Below the pieces are notes generated by a model. The model had not been told where the DNA came from, did no database searches, and saw only the letters and a program-made list of their open reading frames with translations. Shown piece after piece: positions 27,694-37,656 of a stretch of 64,000 bases of DNA. Each line of letters begins with the position of its first letter. The first letter of the stretch is position 1. The position numbers were made by a program, and so were the translations under genes. Origin of the DNA: Candidatus Latescibacterota bacterium (GTDB lineage: Bacteria > Latescibacterota > UBA2968); assembly GCA_965222605.1 (NCBI GenBank), contig OZ244960.1:2464001-2528000 (forward strand), given 5' to 3'.

Positions 27694-30237
27694 TCAAGCC
27701 CAGGTAATTAACCCCGTCTCACATATCGAATTGAGGTCCTGATGGTGTGGGTGAATGCGAACCGTATAGCCCCATCGGCCGCTTTTTTGCAAAGGCAGGT
27801 GTCCCACAAAAGTATGGGAACCCCTGGGCACCATGGACAGCGACTCGCCTTGAACAATCTGCCCCTCTGCGCCGACCTGCCCGTGAAAAATTTCGACAGC
27901 CACATCCTCTACGGTCAAGTCGCCCAGCGCGACATCCGCACGAATTTCGATCTTGTCGCCCACATGCGATGTTTGCGCCTGGCTCGCCGTTACAGAACGG
28001 ACCGCGACATCCTTCCACCCATGGCGAATTCTGGTTTTCCATTTGGCCAGAGCACTGGCTCTCGCGCCATTGTTATCCGAGAGGTTTTTTGATCGCGCAT
28101 GCGCCTTCAAGTAGAATCGCTCGGTATATTCCTGCACCATGCGGTGGGCATTAAACCTCGGACACAACACGCGCATAGCATTCTTCATGCGGGCGATCCA
28201 GCCTCTGGGCAACCCATCCACACCGCGATCATAAAAAAGCGGCACCGCTTCTTTCTCGAGAATATTGTAAATTGCCCGCGCTTCAATCTGGTTTTGATAC
28301 GCCGGATCGTCGTATTCTTTGCCGTGTCCAATCTCCCAGCCCAATTCCGGTTGATACGCTTCTGCCCACCAACCATCGAGCACACTGAGATTTAACGCGC
28401 CATTGGCAACGGCTTTCATGCCACTGGTACCGCTCGCTTCCTCGGGTCTCATTGGCGTATTCAGCCAGATATCGACCCCTTGCACGAGATAACGCGCCAC
28501 ACACATATCGTAATTCTCGATAAAAACCAGACGCCGATGGAGATACTCGCGCTGCGTGAGGCCGAAAATTTCCTGGATAAATTCTTTCCCCGCATGGTCT
28601 TGAGGGTGCGCTTTGCCCGCAAAGATAACCTGAACGGGACGTTCTTCATTGCACAGAATGCGCGTGAGCCTTTCGAGATCGTGAAACAAGAGCGTTGCGC
28701 GTTTATAAGTTGCAAAACGCCTGGCAAATCCAATCGTAAGCGCATCGGCAGTCAGGACTTCGTCAACGCGCGCCATATCGATTGACGACGCTGTTTCTCG
28801 CTGCAACTGCTTTCTGAGACGCTGCCGCGCAAATGCAACGAGGCGTTCTCTTCTGCGCTCGTGGACGCGCCAGAGCTCTTCGGGCGGAATGTGGTCTATC
28901 GTCTCCCACACACTCTGATCGTGTGGTTCCTCCAGGCGCCGAGGCCCCATGTAATTGTCTTCAAGGGCGCGCATTTGTTGCGAGATATGGGAGGCAATGT
29001 GAACGCCATTGGTAATGGATTCGACGGGTATTTCATTTTTGGGCAACCCGGGCCACAGCGATTGCCACATATTGCGCGAGACCTCACCGTGGAGTTTGCT
29101 AACGCCATTGCGATAGGACGAAAGCCTGAACGCGAGCACTGTCATATTAAAACCATCGCTGACAATATTGGGGTTCTCTCGCCCCAAAGCGAGGAATGCG
29201 GGCATGGAAAGACCGAGGTCATGCGCGTAGGATCTGAAGTATTTTTCGATCAGAGAAACGGGAAAAACATCGTGCCCGGCGGGAACGGGGGTATGGGTCG
29301 TAAAAACGTGACCTGCCGACGTGTACTCTGCGGCCTGATCAAATGTGGCACCGTTATTGTGCATCGTCTGCCGGATGCGTTCCAGCCCCAGAAAAGCCGA
29401 ATGCCCTTCATTCATGTGGCATACGGTGGGCTGTATGCCCAATGCGTTGAGCGCGCGCACGCCGCCAATACCCAGCAGAATTTCCTGCCGAATGCGCGTT
29501 TCACTGTCCCCACCGTAAAGTTGTGCCGTAATTCCGCGGATGGATGGCGGGTTTTCCATCAAGTTGGTATCGAGCAAATAAAGGGGAATGCGCCCAACCT
29601 GCACTTTCCATATCCGCACCCGCGCTTCTGCTTCGGGATATGAGAGGGTAATGGTGATATCCCGACCGCGTTCATCGCGGACAATCTGGACAGGCAGCGC
29701 GTAGTAGTCATTTTCGAGATATTCTTCTTGTTGCCAACCGTCATTTGTGAGGTACTGGTTGAAATAGCCGTGTTGATACAGCAGGCCCACGGCGGAAAAT
29801 GGCAATCCCAGTGTACTCGCAGATTTGAGATGATCCCCGGCCAACACCCCCAGACCGCCCGAATAGATCGGCAGGCTTTCGGTAAGGCCAAACTCCGCAG
29901 AGAAATAGGCAATTTGAATATCGGACGCTGTTTTGCCATGGGTAGTGTGAAAATAGGTCTCGCCATCCATAAATGCGCGGAAAGACTCGGAGACACGCTT
30001 AAAATGCGCCGTGAATCCCGGATTTTCAGAAAGTTGATTGAGGCGTTCCTGGCTGATGTCATTGAGCATACGCACCGGGTTGTGATAAACTGTTTCCCAG
30101 AGAGTAGGATCAATGCGTCTAAAGAGATCCATCGTATCGGGATCCCAGGCCCAGCGCAAGTTGTAAGCCAGTGCCTCAAGGCCCTGAAGAGCTTTGGGCA
30201 GCGAGGGTTTGACGACAAATGTAGAAATTGGTTTCAC
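27694..30237 (-). CDS. glgP: Alpha-glucan (glycogen) phosphorylase
   Basis: YSGGLGVLAGDHLK, ARRFATYKRA, PLP motif EASGTSGMK. Confidence 0.95.
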   Translation of the reverse strand: MKPISTFVVKPSLPKALQGLEALAYNLRWAWDPDTMDLFRRIDPTLWETVYHNPVRMLNDISQERLNQLSENPGFTAHFKRVSESFRAFMDGETYFHTTHGKTASDIQIAYFSAEFGLTESLPIYSGGLGVLAGDHLKSASTLGLPFSAVGLLYQHGYFNQYLTNDGWQQEEYLENDYYALPVQIVRDERGRDITITLSYPEAEARVRIWKVQVGRIPLYLLDTNLMENPPSIRGITAQLYGGDSETRIRQEILLGIGGVRALNALGIQPTVCHMNEGHSAFLGLERIRQTMHNNGATFDQAAEYTSAGHVFTTHTPVPAGHDVFPVSLIEKYFRSYAHDLGLSMPAFLALGRENPNIVSDGFNMTVLAFRLSSYRNGVSKLHGEVSRNMWQSLWPGLPKNEIPVESITNGVHIASHISQQMRALEDNYMGPRRLEEPHDQSVWETIDHIPPEELWRVHERRRERLVAFARQRLRKQLQRETASSIDMARVDEVLTADALTIGFARRFATYKRATLLFHDLERLTRILCNEERPVQVIFAGKAHPQDHAGKEFIQEIFGLTQREYLHRRLVFIENYDMCVARYLVQGVDIWLNTPMRPEEASGTSGMKAVANGALNLSVLDGWWAEAYQPELGWEIGHGKEYDDPAYQNQIEARAIYNILEKEAVPLFYDRGVDGLPRGWIARMKNAMRVLCPRFNAHRMVQEYTERFYLKAHARSKNLSDNNGARASALAKWKTRIRHGWKDVAVRSVTASQAQTSHVGDKIEIRADVALGDLTVEDVAVEIFHGQVGAEGQIVQGESLSMVPRGSHTFVGHLPLQKSGRWGYTVRIHPHHQDLNSICETGLITWA

Positions 30238-30252
30238 AGGGTTTTGTCTCCT

Positions 30253-30948
30253 CTACCAGTTCCGAAGTATCTGATCTACAAATTCCGGGACTTCATCTGT
30301 GAAATACATGGCGGCGAAAAAACCCATGATGAGAATATAGACCCCGATTATGGTGAACATAATAATCTTTTTGCGCTTGCTCATTTTGGTGCGCGGCGCA
30401 GATTTGAGATCGCGCGGTTGTTTGAGAAAAGTCGCAGATTCGTCCTCATCATCATCGGATGTAGATTCAGGAGTTGCGTCGGAAGATGGCTCTTGCGCAT
30501 CTGCTGTATCGGAAGGTTTTTCTTCCTCAGCCTCGGTTTCCTCTGCGTCTGCAGGTGTGTCCGATGCCACCTCTTTCTCTAATTCGGCTATGTCGAGTAC
30601 ATGCTCTATTTTTTCGATAAGCGTTTTGTCTTCAAATGGTCTTTCAACCATGCCGTAAACACCCTGTTCCAGGAGTGCTTTGGCTTCTGCTTCCTCGACG
30701 GGAAACGATACCACAATCACCGGTACCTCAAAGCCTTCTTCGCGGATAAATTCGATCAAGACATCGCCGCGAATGATCGGCATCTCGAGGTTGAGCAACA
30801 CCAGGTCGGGCTGTCCGTGCGCGATCGCGTCAACCGCTTCGGTCCACGTTGTCGCGCTCTGTGCTTGATAATCATTGGATTCGAGAATATTGACAATCCG
30901 TTCAACAGCGGCTTCTTCACTGTCAATAGTCAGAATTTTTGTCATCAT
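30253..30948 (-). CDS. Atypical receiver-domain protein with acidic linker and C-terminal TM helix
   Basis: KILTIDSE, PDLVLLNLEMP, VERPF. E/D-rich linker, then KRKK and a hydrophobic helix. Confidence 0.8.
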   Translation of the reverse strand: MMTKILTIDSEEAAVERIVNILESNDYQAQSATTWTEAVDAIAHGQPDLVLLNLEMPIIRGDVLIEFIREEGFEVPVIVVSFPVEEAEAKALLEQGVYGMVERPFEDKTLIEKIEHVLDIAELEKEVASDTPADAEETEAEEEKPSDTADAQEPSSDATPESTSDDDEDESATFLKQPRDLKSAPRTKMSKRKKIIMFTIIGVYILIMGFFAAMYFTDEVPEFVDQILRNW

Positions 30949-31054
30949 GTCCCCCGGTGCGTAATAGGGAAAATACTGGCGACTGCAAGTATAAAACGAA
31001 TAAAGTCCAATGACAAGGATTTTCCCTCATCGCAATCACATGGTGAGTTCTCTC

Positions 31055-31083
31055 TTGATGGGTGAACGTGTGTATAGTATATT
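31055..31083 (+). promoter_or_regulatory. Putative uvrA promoter with an SOS-box-like site in the spacer
   Basis: TTGATG-17 bp-TATATT. GAAC-gtgt-GTAT at 31064-31075. Confidence 0.45.
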
Positions 31084-31113
31084 GCAATGCCAATGGAAAC
31101 TAGAGGATTTTTT

Positions 31114-34100
31114 ATGGAAACAAAAAATATCGTCGTAAAGGGTGCGCGAGTACACAATTTGCAAAATATAGATCTGACGTTGCCTCGACACGCGCTAATA
31201 TGTTTTACAGGCGTTTCCGGTTCGGGCAAGTCATCGCTGGCTTTTGATACCATCTATGCCGAAGGTCAGCGGCGTTATGTAGAGTCCCTATCGGCGTATG
31301 CGCGTCAATTTTTGGGCCAAATGGAAAAACCCGAAGTCGATCAGATTACGGGATTATCGCCAACGATTTCCATCGAACAAAAGACCGCAGGGCGCAATCC
31401 CCGCTCAACCGTGGGCACAATGACCGAAATCTACGACTATTTGCGCGTGTTATTTGCGCGAATTGGCACCCCCCATTGCGTACATGACAACACGCCAATT
31501 GGGGCACAAACGCGTGACGGCATTGTGGATCGGATTATGGCACTGGGTGAAGGCACGCGCATTCACATTCTATCTTCTCTCGTACAGGGGCGAAAAGGGG
31601 AGTATCACGACCTGTTTGAAAATTTGCAAAAAGAGGGATATATCCGCGTGCGCGTGGATGGGCAGGTGGTAACTTTGACCGAGACCCCGAAATTGGAGCG
31701 CTACAAAAGACACGATATCGAGGTGGTAATTGATCGGGTTATCGCAAAAAAAACAATGCGAGGGCGCATTGGCGAGGCCGTTGATGCCGGTCTTGTGATG
31801 GGCAAAGGGGCGATAATCGTCAGCGCAGAAGGCGAAGATGATCTTCTACTGAGTACGCACTTTTCCTGTCCCACCTGTGGGCGCAGCGCGCAGGAGCCCG
31901 TGCCGCAATTATTCTCATTCAACAGCCCACAGGGCATGTGCCCCGGCTGTCGCGGTTTGGGCACGCGCTTTGCAATGGATATGGCAAAAGTCGTCCCCAA
32001 CCCCGACTTGTCCGTGCTGGAAGGAGCTATCGCGCCGCTGGGCGTACCCAAAAATCGGTGGAAATCTCACTATTACGCGGGCGTTTTGAAGCGCTATGGT
32101 GCAGATTTGCAAACGCCCTATAAACGCATTCCACCAGAGGGGCAACGGGCATTATTATACGGCATAGATAGCAAAATGACATTTGAATGGCGCCGCAGCA
32201 ATGGCAGTGTGAAACGCCATCGCGATGGGTTTGAAGGCATTTTGCCACCAATGGAGCGGCAATTTGCCGAGGGGCGAAGTCCCGTGGTGCGCAAACGTCT
32301 CGCGCCTTTCATGCGCGTGGGTCTGTGTCCCATATGCGAAGGTACGCGCTTGAAATCTGAAGCCCTATCCGTCAAAATCGAAGGACAGACGCTGCCCGAT
32401 GTCACGGCGATGACGGTCGATCGCGCGCACGCCTTTTTTCAGAGCCTCAAATTGGCCGAGATTCAGGCGCGGATCGCCGAAGACGCCCTAAAAGAAATTC
32501 GCGGGCGATTGAAATTTCTTCTGGATGTGGGTCTCGATTATCTCACACTCAATCGCACGGCACCAACGCTATCGGGCGGTGAGGCGCAACGCATTCGCCT
32601 CGCCAGCCAGATCGGATCTGGATTGGTCGGTGTAACCTATGTGTTGGACGAACCGTCAATTGGCCTGCACCACCGCGACAATCGGCGGTTGCTCGACGCC
32701 CTGTGCCGTCTGCGAGATGTGGGCAATACCGTAATCGTCGTCGAACACGATGAAGACACGATGCGGCGCGCGGATCGGGTGGTGGACTTTGGACCAGGTC
32801 CCGGGCACCTCGGTGGTCGGGTAGTCGCCGAGGGATCGTGGAAACAGGTGGCGAGGAAGACGCGCTCGATGACAGGGGCTTATCTTTCGGGAAAGAAGAA
32901 AATTGCGGTGCCCAAAAGGCGACCCGTGTCGCATCGCGGCTTATGGATTCGAGGTGCACACCACAATAATCTCAAAAATATCGACGTGAAAATTCCCGTC
33001 GGCGTGTTTACCTGTGTCACGGGCGTGTCCGGGTCGGGAAAATCATCGCTGATTGCCGATATTCTCTATCCCGCTCTCGCGCGAGAACTAAACCGCGCAG
33101 AGACGGAAACAGGCGAGCACCGCTGCATTGAGGGCATAGAGCTTCTGGATAAAGTCATCGAGATCAACCAGCAACCCATCGGGCGCACGCCGCGCAGCAA
33201 TGCAGCGACATATACGGGTGTCTTTGATCCCATCCGAAAATTATTTGCCGTGTTACCCGAGTCAAAAGTACGGGGATATAAACCCGGGCGCTTCAGTTTT
33301 AATGTAAAGGGCGGGCGGTGCGAGGCGTGTAAGGGCAATGGCGCGAATCTCGTCGAAATGGATTTCCTCGCCGATGTGTGGGTGACATGTCCCGTGTGTG
33401 AGGGGCGCCGTTTTAATCGCGAGACCCTAAGCGTAAAATACAAGGGCAAGTCCATTGCCGATGTGCTGGCGATGGAAGTCGAAGAGGCGCATCTGTTTTT
33501 TCAGGCAATCCCCGGCATTCATCGCATTCTCCAAACCCTGGTCGATGTGGGAATGGGCTACGTCAAATTGGGCCAGCCCGCGCCAACGCTTTCCGGCGGC
33601 GAAGCACAACGGGTCAAGCTGTCAAAAGAACTGTGCCGCAGAAGCACGGGCCAAACCCTGTATATCCTGGACGAGCCGACAACGGGCCTGCATTTTGCCG
33701 ATATACAAAATCTCTTAAACGTGTTGCATCGGCTCGCGGATATGGGCAATTCCGTGGTGGTTATTGAACACAATCTGGATGTGATCAAAACCGCGGATTG
33801 GGTGATTGATCTGGGGCCTGAAGGCGGCGAAGACGGGGGACAAATTATAGCAGAAGGCACACCCGAACACCTGACGCGCGCTCCCAACTCTCACACGGGC
33901 CGCGCGCTTAGCGAGGTATTGTCGCGCACGCCGCTTGTACCTGCGAAAAACGGCAAAGCGCGAAGCGCCAATGATCAAGTACACACGATTGATGTTTTGG
34001 GTGCGCGGGAGAACAATTTGCAAAATGTGGATGTATCCATTCCACGCGAAAAAATGACCGTGATTTCCGGCGTTTCGGGGTCGGGAAAATCTTCCCTGGC

Positions 34101-36762
34101 ACTCGATACAATTTACGCCGAAGGACAGCGGCGATATGTCGAATCCCTATCGGCTTATGCGCGGCAGTTTTTGGGACAAATGCCCAAGCCAAAGGTAGAT
34201 CGCGTGGTGGGCCTGTCGCCCGCGATTGCCATTGAGCAAAAACCCGCGAGCAAAAACCCGCGCTCAACCGTGGGCACGGTAACAGAAGTTTACGATTACC
34301 TGCGGGCACTCTACGCATTATTGGGCGATACCTATTGTCCAAATTGCGATGTGTTGGCGGGCAGTCAGTCCGTGCAGGAAATTGTGGCGCGTGTGCTGAA
34401 GATGGAACGGCGTCTCTACCTTCTCGCACCCGTAGAACTCGGCAAAGGCGAGGATTATACCAGTTTGATCAACCGCTTTCGCCGCGAAGGTTATTTGCGC
34501 GGCAGACTCAATGGCAATGTCTTCAACCTGTCAAACCCACCCGAGATCGATTACAGACAGTCTCACAGGTTCGAAATCCTGATAGATCGCGTGATCGCGC
34601 AAAAAAAGAACCGCAAACGCATCGCGGATTCCGTCGAAAGCGCGCTGGATATTTCAGGGGGCATTTTGATCGTCGCATCGCCCGATGATAGCGAAGAGAC
34701 GCGATTTAGCCAGCATCTCTCGTGTCCATCCTGCGGGCGCAGTTTTGAGACAATAACCCCTCAACATCTGTCTTTTAACAGCTCTGAAGGCTGGTGTTTG
34801 TCCTGCGAAGGACTGGGAACGCAACGCGGCATGGGCATTCACACGCTAATTCCCGATATTCACAAATCATTGTCCGAAGGTGCAGTGCTTCCGTGGGGAA
34901 AGGTGGAAGCACACACACAACTGGGCAACATGCTATCTGCGGTGGGCAAAGCCGCGGGCTTTGACTCGCATACCCCTTTTGCGCAGATAGCAGCGGAGGG
35001 ACGACATGCGATCTTATACGGCTTGGGAACGCAGTGGTTAAAAACCTCTAAAAATCTCTCATTCCAATTTAAGGGCTTGTTTCCGACAATTGAGACCCTG
35101 GTGCGGCAAGCGCCGCGGTTTCGGCGGCTGATGGGCGAATTTATCCAGGATGTGCCGTGTCCATCCTGCAAGGGATACCGCCTGAAGTTAGAAAGTGCTG
35201 CAATAAAGCTATTCGGCAAAACAATGCCCCAACTGGTGGCGATGCCTATCCGCGAAGTGCGCACCTGGTTTGACACAATGGTTTTGGAAGGGCAGGCGCG
35301 CGAGGCCGCCGCAGAGGTGCTATACGAAATTCAGAGTCGCTTGCGGTTTCTCGACGAAGTGGGCCTGGGATATTTGAACCTGGGACGGCGAGCACCCACG
35401 CTTTCGGGCGGCGAGGCACAGCGCATTCGCCTGGCCAGTCAGATCGGTTCCGGTCTGACCGGAGTGCTCTACGTACTCGACGAGCCGACAATTGGCCTGC
35501 ACCAGCGCGACAATCACCAGTTATTGGCGGCATTGGCGCGGTTGCGCGACCTGGGCAATTCTCTACTTGTTGTCGAACACGACCGCGAGACTCTGAACCG
35601 GGCAGATCACATTCTGGACTTTGGGCCGGGCGCGGGTGTTGAAGGCGGGCGCCTTGTAGCTGCTGGCAATCCGCACAAATTAAAGGCCGACAACGGCTCG
35701 ATAACCGCGCATTATCTCGCGGGCGATTTGCAAATTGAGGTGCCCGGTGTGCGGCGAGACCCCGGACAGGGATCGCTTTCTGTGGTAGGCGCGCGGCATA
35801 ACAATTTAAAAAATGTCGATGTCTCATTTCCGCTGGGCACCTTGACCTGCGTGACCGGCGTATCGGGTTCGGGCAAAAGTTCGCTCGTCAATGACGTGCT
35901 TTTCGGCGCGCTCGCCGCCCGCGTGAATCGCGCACAAAAAGCGTGGGGAGAACACGACGATGTGCTGGGGTTGGAACTAATCGATAAAGTGATCAATATC
36001 GACCAGACGCCAATTGGCTATTCGCCGCGCAGCAATCCGGCGACTTATGTCAAAGTATTTGACAAAATACGCACCCTATATGCCAGTTTGCCAGACGCCC
36101 AGGTGCGCGGATTTAAAACCGGGCATTTCAGCTTTAATCACAAACGCGGGCGGTGCGATGCCTGTGCGGGTTTGGGCGCGCGCTGTATTGAGATGCACTT
36201 CTTGCCCGATGTATGGGTCACATGTGAAAGTTGTGGCGGAAAACGCTACAACCGCGATGTGATTGACATAACCTATAAGGGTGCGTCAATTGCCGATGTT
36301 CTGGAGATGACAGTAGCCGAGGCCCTATCGCATTTTACCCATATACCCGGCATCCAGCGGTCGCTCCAAACCCTTTTTGACGTGGGCCTGGGCTATATCA
36401 AAATGGGACAGGCTTCGACCACGCTCTCGGGCGGCGAAGCCCAGCGCGTGAAACTGGCGCGCGAATTGGCGCGACCGAGCACGGGAAAGACCGTATATAT
36501 CCTCGATGAACCGACAACGGGACTGCACTTTGCCGATATCCAGAAATTGCTCGACGTACTCAATCGACTCGTCAACGCGGGCAATACCGCGATCGTGATC
36601 GAACACAATCTGGATGTGATCAAAACCGCCGATTGGGTGATCGACCTGGGGCCAGAAGGCGGAGAAGACGGTGGCGATTTAATTGCTTGCGGTACACCTG
36701 AAGATGTGGTATCTGTCACAGCCTCGCACACCGGGCGATTTTTGAAAGATGTGCTGGTATAA
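31114..36762 (+). CDS. uvrA: Excinuclease ABC subunit A, tandem double-length form
   Basis: About 1880 aa; two complete UvrA units; four GVSGSGKSS Walker A motifs and four LSGGEAQR signatures; zinc fingers. Confidence 0.96.
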   Translation: METKNIVVKGARVHNLQNIDLTLPRHALICFTGVSGSGKSSLAFDTIYAEGQRRYVESLSAYARQFLGQMEKPEVDQITGLSPTISIEQKTAGRNPRSTVGTMTEIYDYLRVLFARIGTPHCVHDNTPIGAQTRDGIVDRIMALGEGTRIHILSSLVQGRKGEYHDLFENLQKEGYIRVRVDGQVVTLTETPKLERYKRHDIEVVIDRVIAKKTMRGRIGEAVDAGLVMGKGAIIVSAEGEDDLLLSTHFSCPTCGRSAQEPVPQLFSFNSPQGMCPGCRGLGTRFAMDMAKVVPNPDLSVLEGAIAPLGVPKNRWKSHYYAGVLKRYGADLQTPYKRIPPEGQRALLYGIDSKMTFEWRRSNGSVKRHRDGFEGILPPMERQFAEGRSPVVRKRLAPFMRVGLCPICEGTRLKSEALSVKIEGQTLPDVTAMTVDRAHAFFQSLKLAEIQARIAEDALKEIRGRLKFLLDVGLDYLTLNRTAPTLSGGEAQRIRLASQIGSGLVGVTYVLDEPSIGLHHRDNRRLLDALCRLRDVGNTVIVVEHDEDTMRRADRVVDFGPGPGHLGGRVVAEGSWKQVARKTRSMTGAYLSGKKKIAVPKRRPVSHRGLWIRGAHHNNLKNIDVKIPVGVFTCVTGVSGSGKSSLIADILYPALARELNRAETETGEHRCIEGIELLDKVIEINQQPIGRTPRSNAATYTGVFDPIRKLFAVLPESKVRGYKPGRFSFNVKGGRCEACKGNGANLVEMDFLADVWVTCPVCEGRRFNRETLSVKYKGKSIADVLAMEVEEAHLFFQAIPGIHRILQTLVDVGMGYVKLGQPAPTLSGGEAQRVKLSKELCRRSTGQTLYILDEPTTGLHFADIQNLLNVLHRLADMGNSVVVIEHNLDVIKTADWVIDLGPEGGEDGGQIIAEGTPEHLTRAPNSHTGRALSEVLSRTPLVPAKNGKARSANDQVHTIDVLGARENNLQNVDVSIPREKMTVISGVSGSGKSSLALDTIYAEGQRRYVESLSAYARQFLGQMPKPKVDRVVGLSPAIAIEQKPASKNPRSTVGTVTEVYDYLRALYALLGDTYCPNCDVLAGSQSVQEIVARVLKMERRLYLLAPVELGKGEDYTSLINRFRREGYLRGRLNGNVFNLSNPPEIDYRQSHRFEILIDRVIAQKKNRKRIADSVESALDISGGILIVASPDDSEETRFSQHLSCPSCGRSFETITPQHLSFNSSEGWCLSCEGLGTQRGMGIHTLIPDIHKSLSEGAVLPWGKVEAHTQLGNMLSAVGKAAGFDSHTPFAQIAAEGRHAILYGLGTQWLKTSKNLSFQFKGLFPTIETLVRQAPRFRRLMGEFIQDVPCPSCKGYRLKLESAAIKLFGKTMPQLVAMPIREVRTWFDTMVLEGQAREAAAEVLYEIQSRLRFLDEVGLGYLNLGRRAPTLSGGEAQRIRLASQIGSGLTGVLYVLDEPTIGLHQRDNHQLLAALARLRDLGNSLLVVEHDRETLNRADHILDFGPGAGVEGGRLVAAGNPHKLKADNGSITAHYLAGDLQIEVPGVRRDPGQGSLSVVGARHNNLKNVDVSFPLGTLTCVTGVSGSGKSSLVNDVLFGALAARVNRAQKAWGEHDDVLGLELIDKVINIDQTPIGYSPRSNPATYVKVFDKIRTLYASLPDAQVRGFKTGHFSFNHKRGRCDACAGLGARCIEMHFLPDVWVTCESCGGKRYNRDVIDITYKGASIADVLEMTVAEALSHFTHIPGIQRSLQTLFDVGLGYIKMGQASTTLSGGEAQRVKLARELARPSTGKTVYILDEPTTGLHFADIQKLLDVLNRLVNAGNTAIVIEHNLDVIKTADWVIDLGPEGGEDGGDLIACGTPEDVVSVTASHTGRFLKDVLV

Positions 36763-36810
36763 AGATGATGTATTTTATTTATTAACGTTACGCAAGCAAC
36801 TATCGCGACC

Positions 36811-36840
36811 ATCCGTGTTCATCGGTGTTTATCTGTGGTT
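36811..36840 (-). repeat. Triple 10-mer repeat element, inverted copy
   Basis: Reverse complement reads AACCACAGAT-AAACACCGAT-GAACACGGAT, preceded by AAAAGC (AAAGGC precedes the 4351 copy). Confidence 0.8.
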
Positions 36841-36865
36841 GCTTTTATTTACAGGAGGTTGGTTG

Positions 36866-37645
36866 ATGTCTTTGTTTTCACTCGAAGGTCGCGTCGCCAT
36901 AGTCACCGGAGCGGGGCGCGGTATTGGACGCGGTATTGCAGAGGGGTTAGCTGCACAGGGCGCGAAAATTGTATGTGCCGCGCGCACGCGGTCTCAACTG
37001 GACGAAGTCGTAGCCGCAATTCGAGAAGCGGGGGGCGACGCGATCACTTATGAAATGGACATGAAAAACCTGAATTCCGTGCGCGGAGGCGTCGATACAG
37101 CACTTGAAACGTATGGACAAATTGATATACTCGTCAACAACGCGGGAATGAATATACGCGAGCCATTTGAAGACGTAACAGAGGAACACTACGACGAAAT
37201 CATGGCCGTCAATTTGAAGGGCCTCTACTTTTTAACACAGGCCGTAGTCAAACACATGATCCCGCGCAAACAGGGCAAAATCATCCACATCGGCTCATTG
37301 ACAACGGACTGGTCTCTATCGCAAATTTCTGTTTATACCGCCACCAAAGGCGCAGTTGGGCAACTTGCAAAAGCTCAGGCATTAGAACTGGGACAGCACA
37401 ATATCCAGGTAAACACAATTTGCCCGGGCTTTGTAATCACGCCGTTGACCGAGCGGCTCTGGGAAGATGATACAATGCTCGAATGGGCCGAATCCCGTTT
37501 GCCTATAAAGCGATTGGCAACACCCGAAGACCTGGCCGGTACAGCCGTATTCCTCGCCGCGCCCGCATCGGATTACGTCACCGGACAATCCATTTACGTA
37601 GATGGCGGCTTTATGGCCGGCGAAGCCTGGCCCTTGCCAGAGTAA
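36866..37645 (+). CDS. SDR oxidoreductase (gluconate 5-dehydrogenase/KduD-like)
   Basis: [38 protein letters not shown] before 36866. Confidence 0.9.
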   Translation: MSLFSLEGRVAIVTGAGRGIGRGIAEGLAAQGAKIVCAARTRSQLDEVVAAIREAGGDAITYEMDMKNLNSVRGGVDTALETYGQIDILVNNAGMNIREPFEDVTEEHYDEIMAVNLKGLYFLTQAVVKHMIPRKQGKIIHIGSLTTDWSLSQISVYTATKGAVGQLAKAQALELGQHNIQVNTICPGFVITPLTERLWEDDTMLEWAESRLPIKRLATPEDLAGTAVFLAAPASDYVTGQSIYVDGGFMAGEAWPLPE

Positions 37646-37656
37646 AGGAGAGATCA

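Noticed and set aside
26807-27742. 311-aa plus-strand ORF and similar long antisense ORFs (e.g. 20037-21119, 28861-29643, 59525-60304)
   Set aside because: They lie opposite well-supported genes and show no recognisable motifs; they are shadow ORFs.
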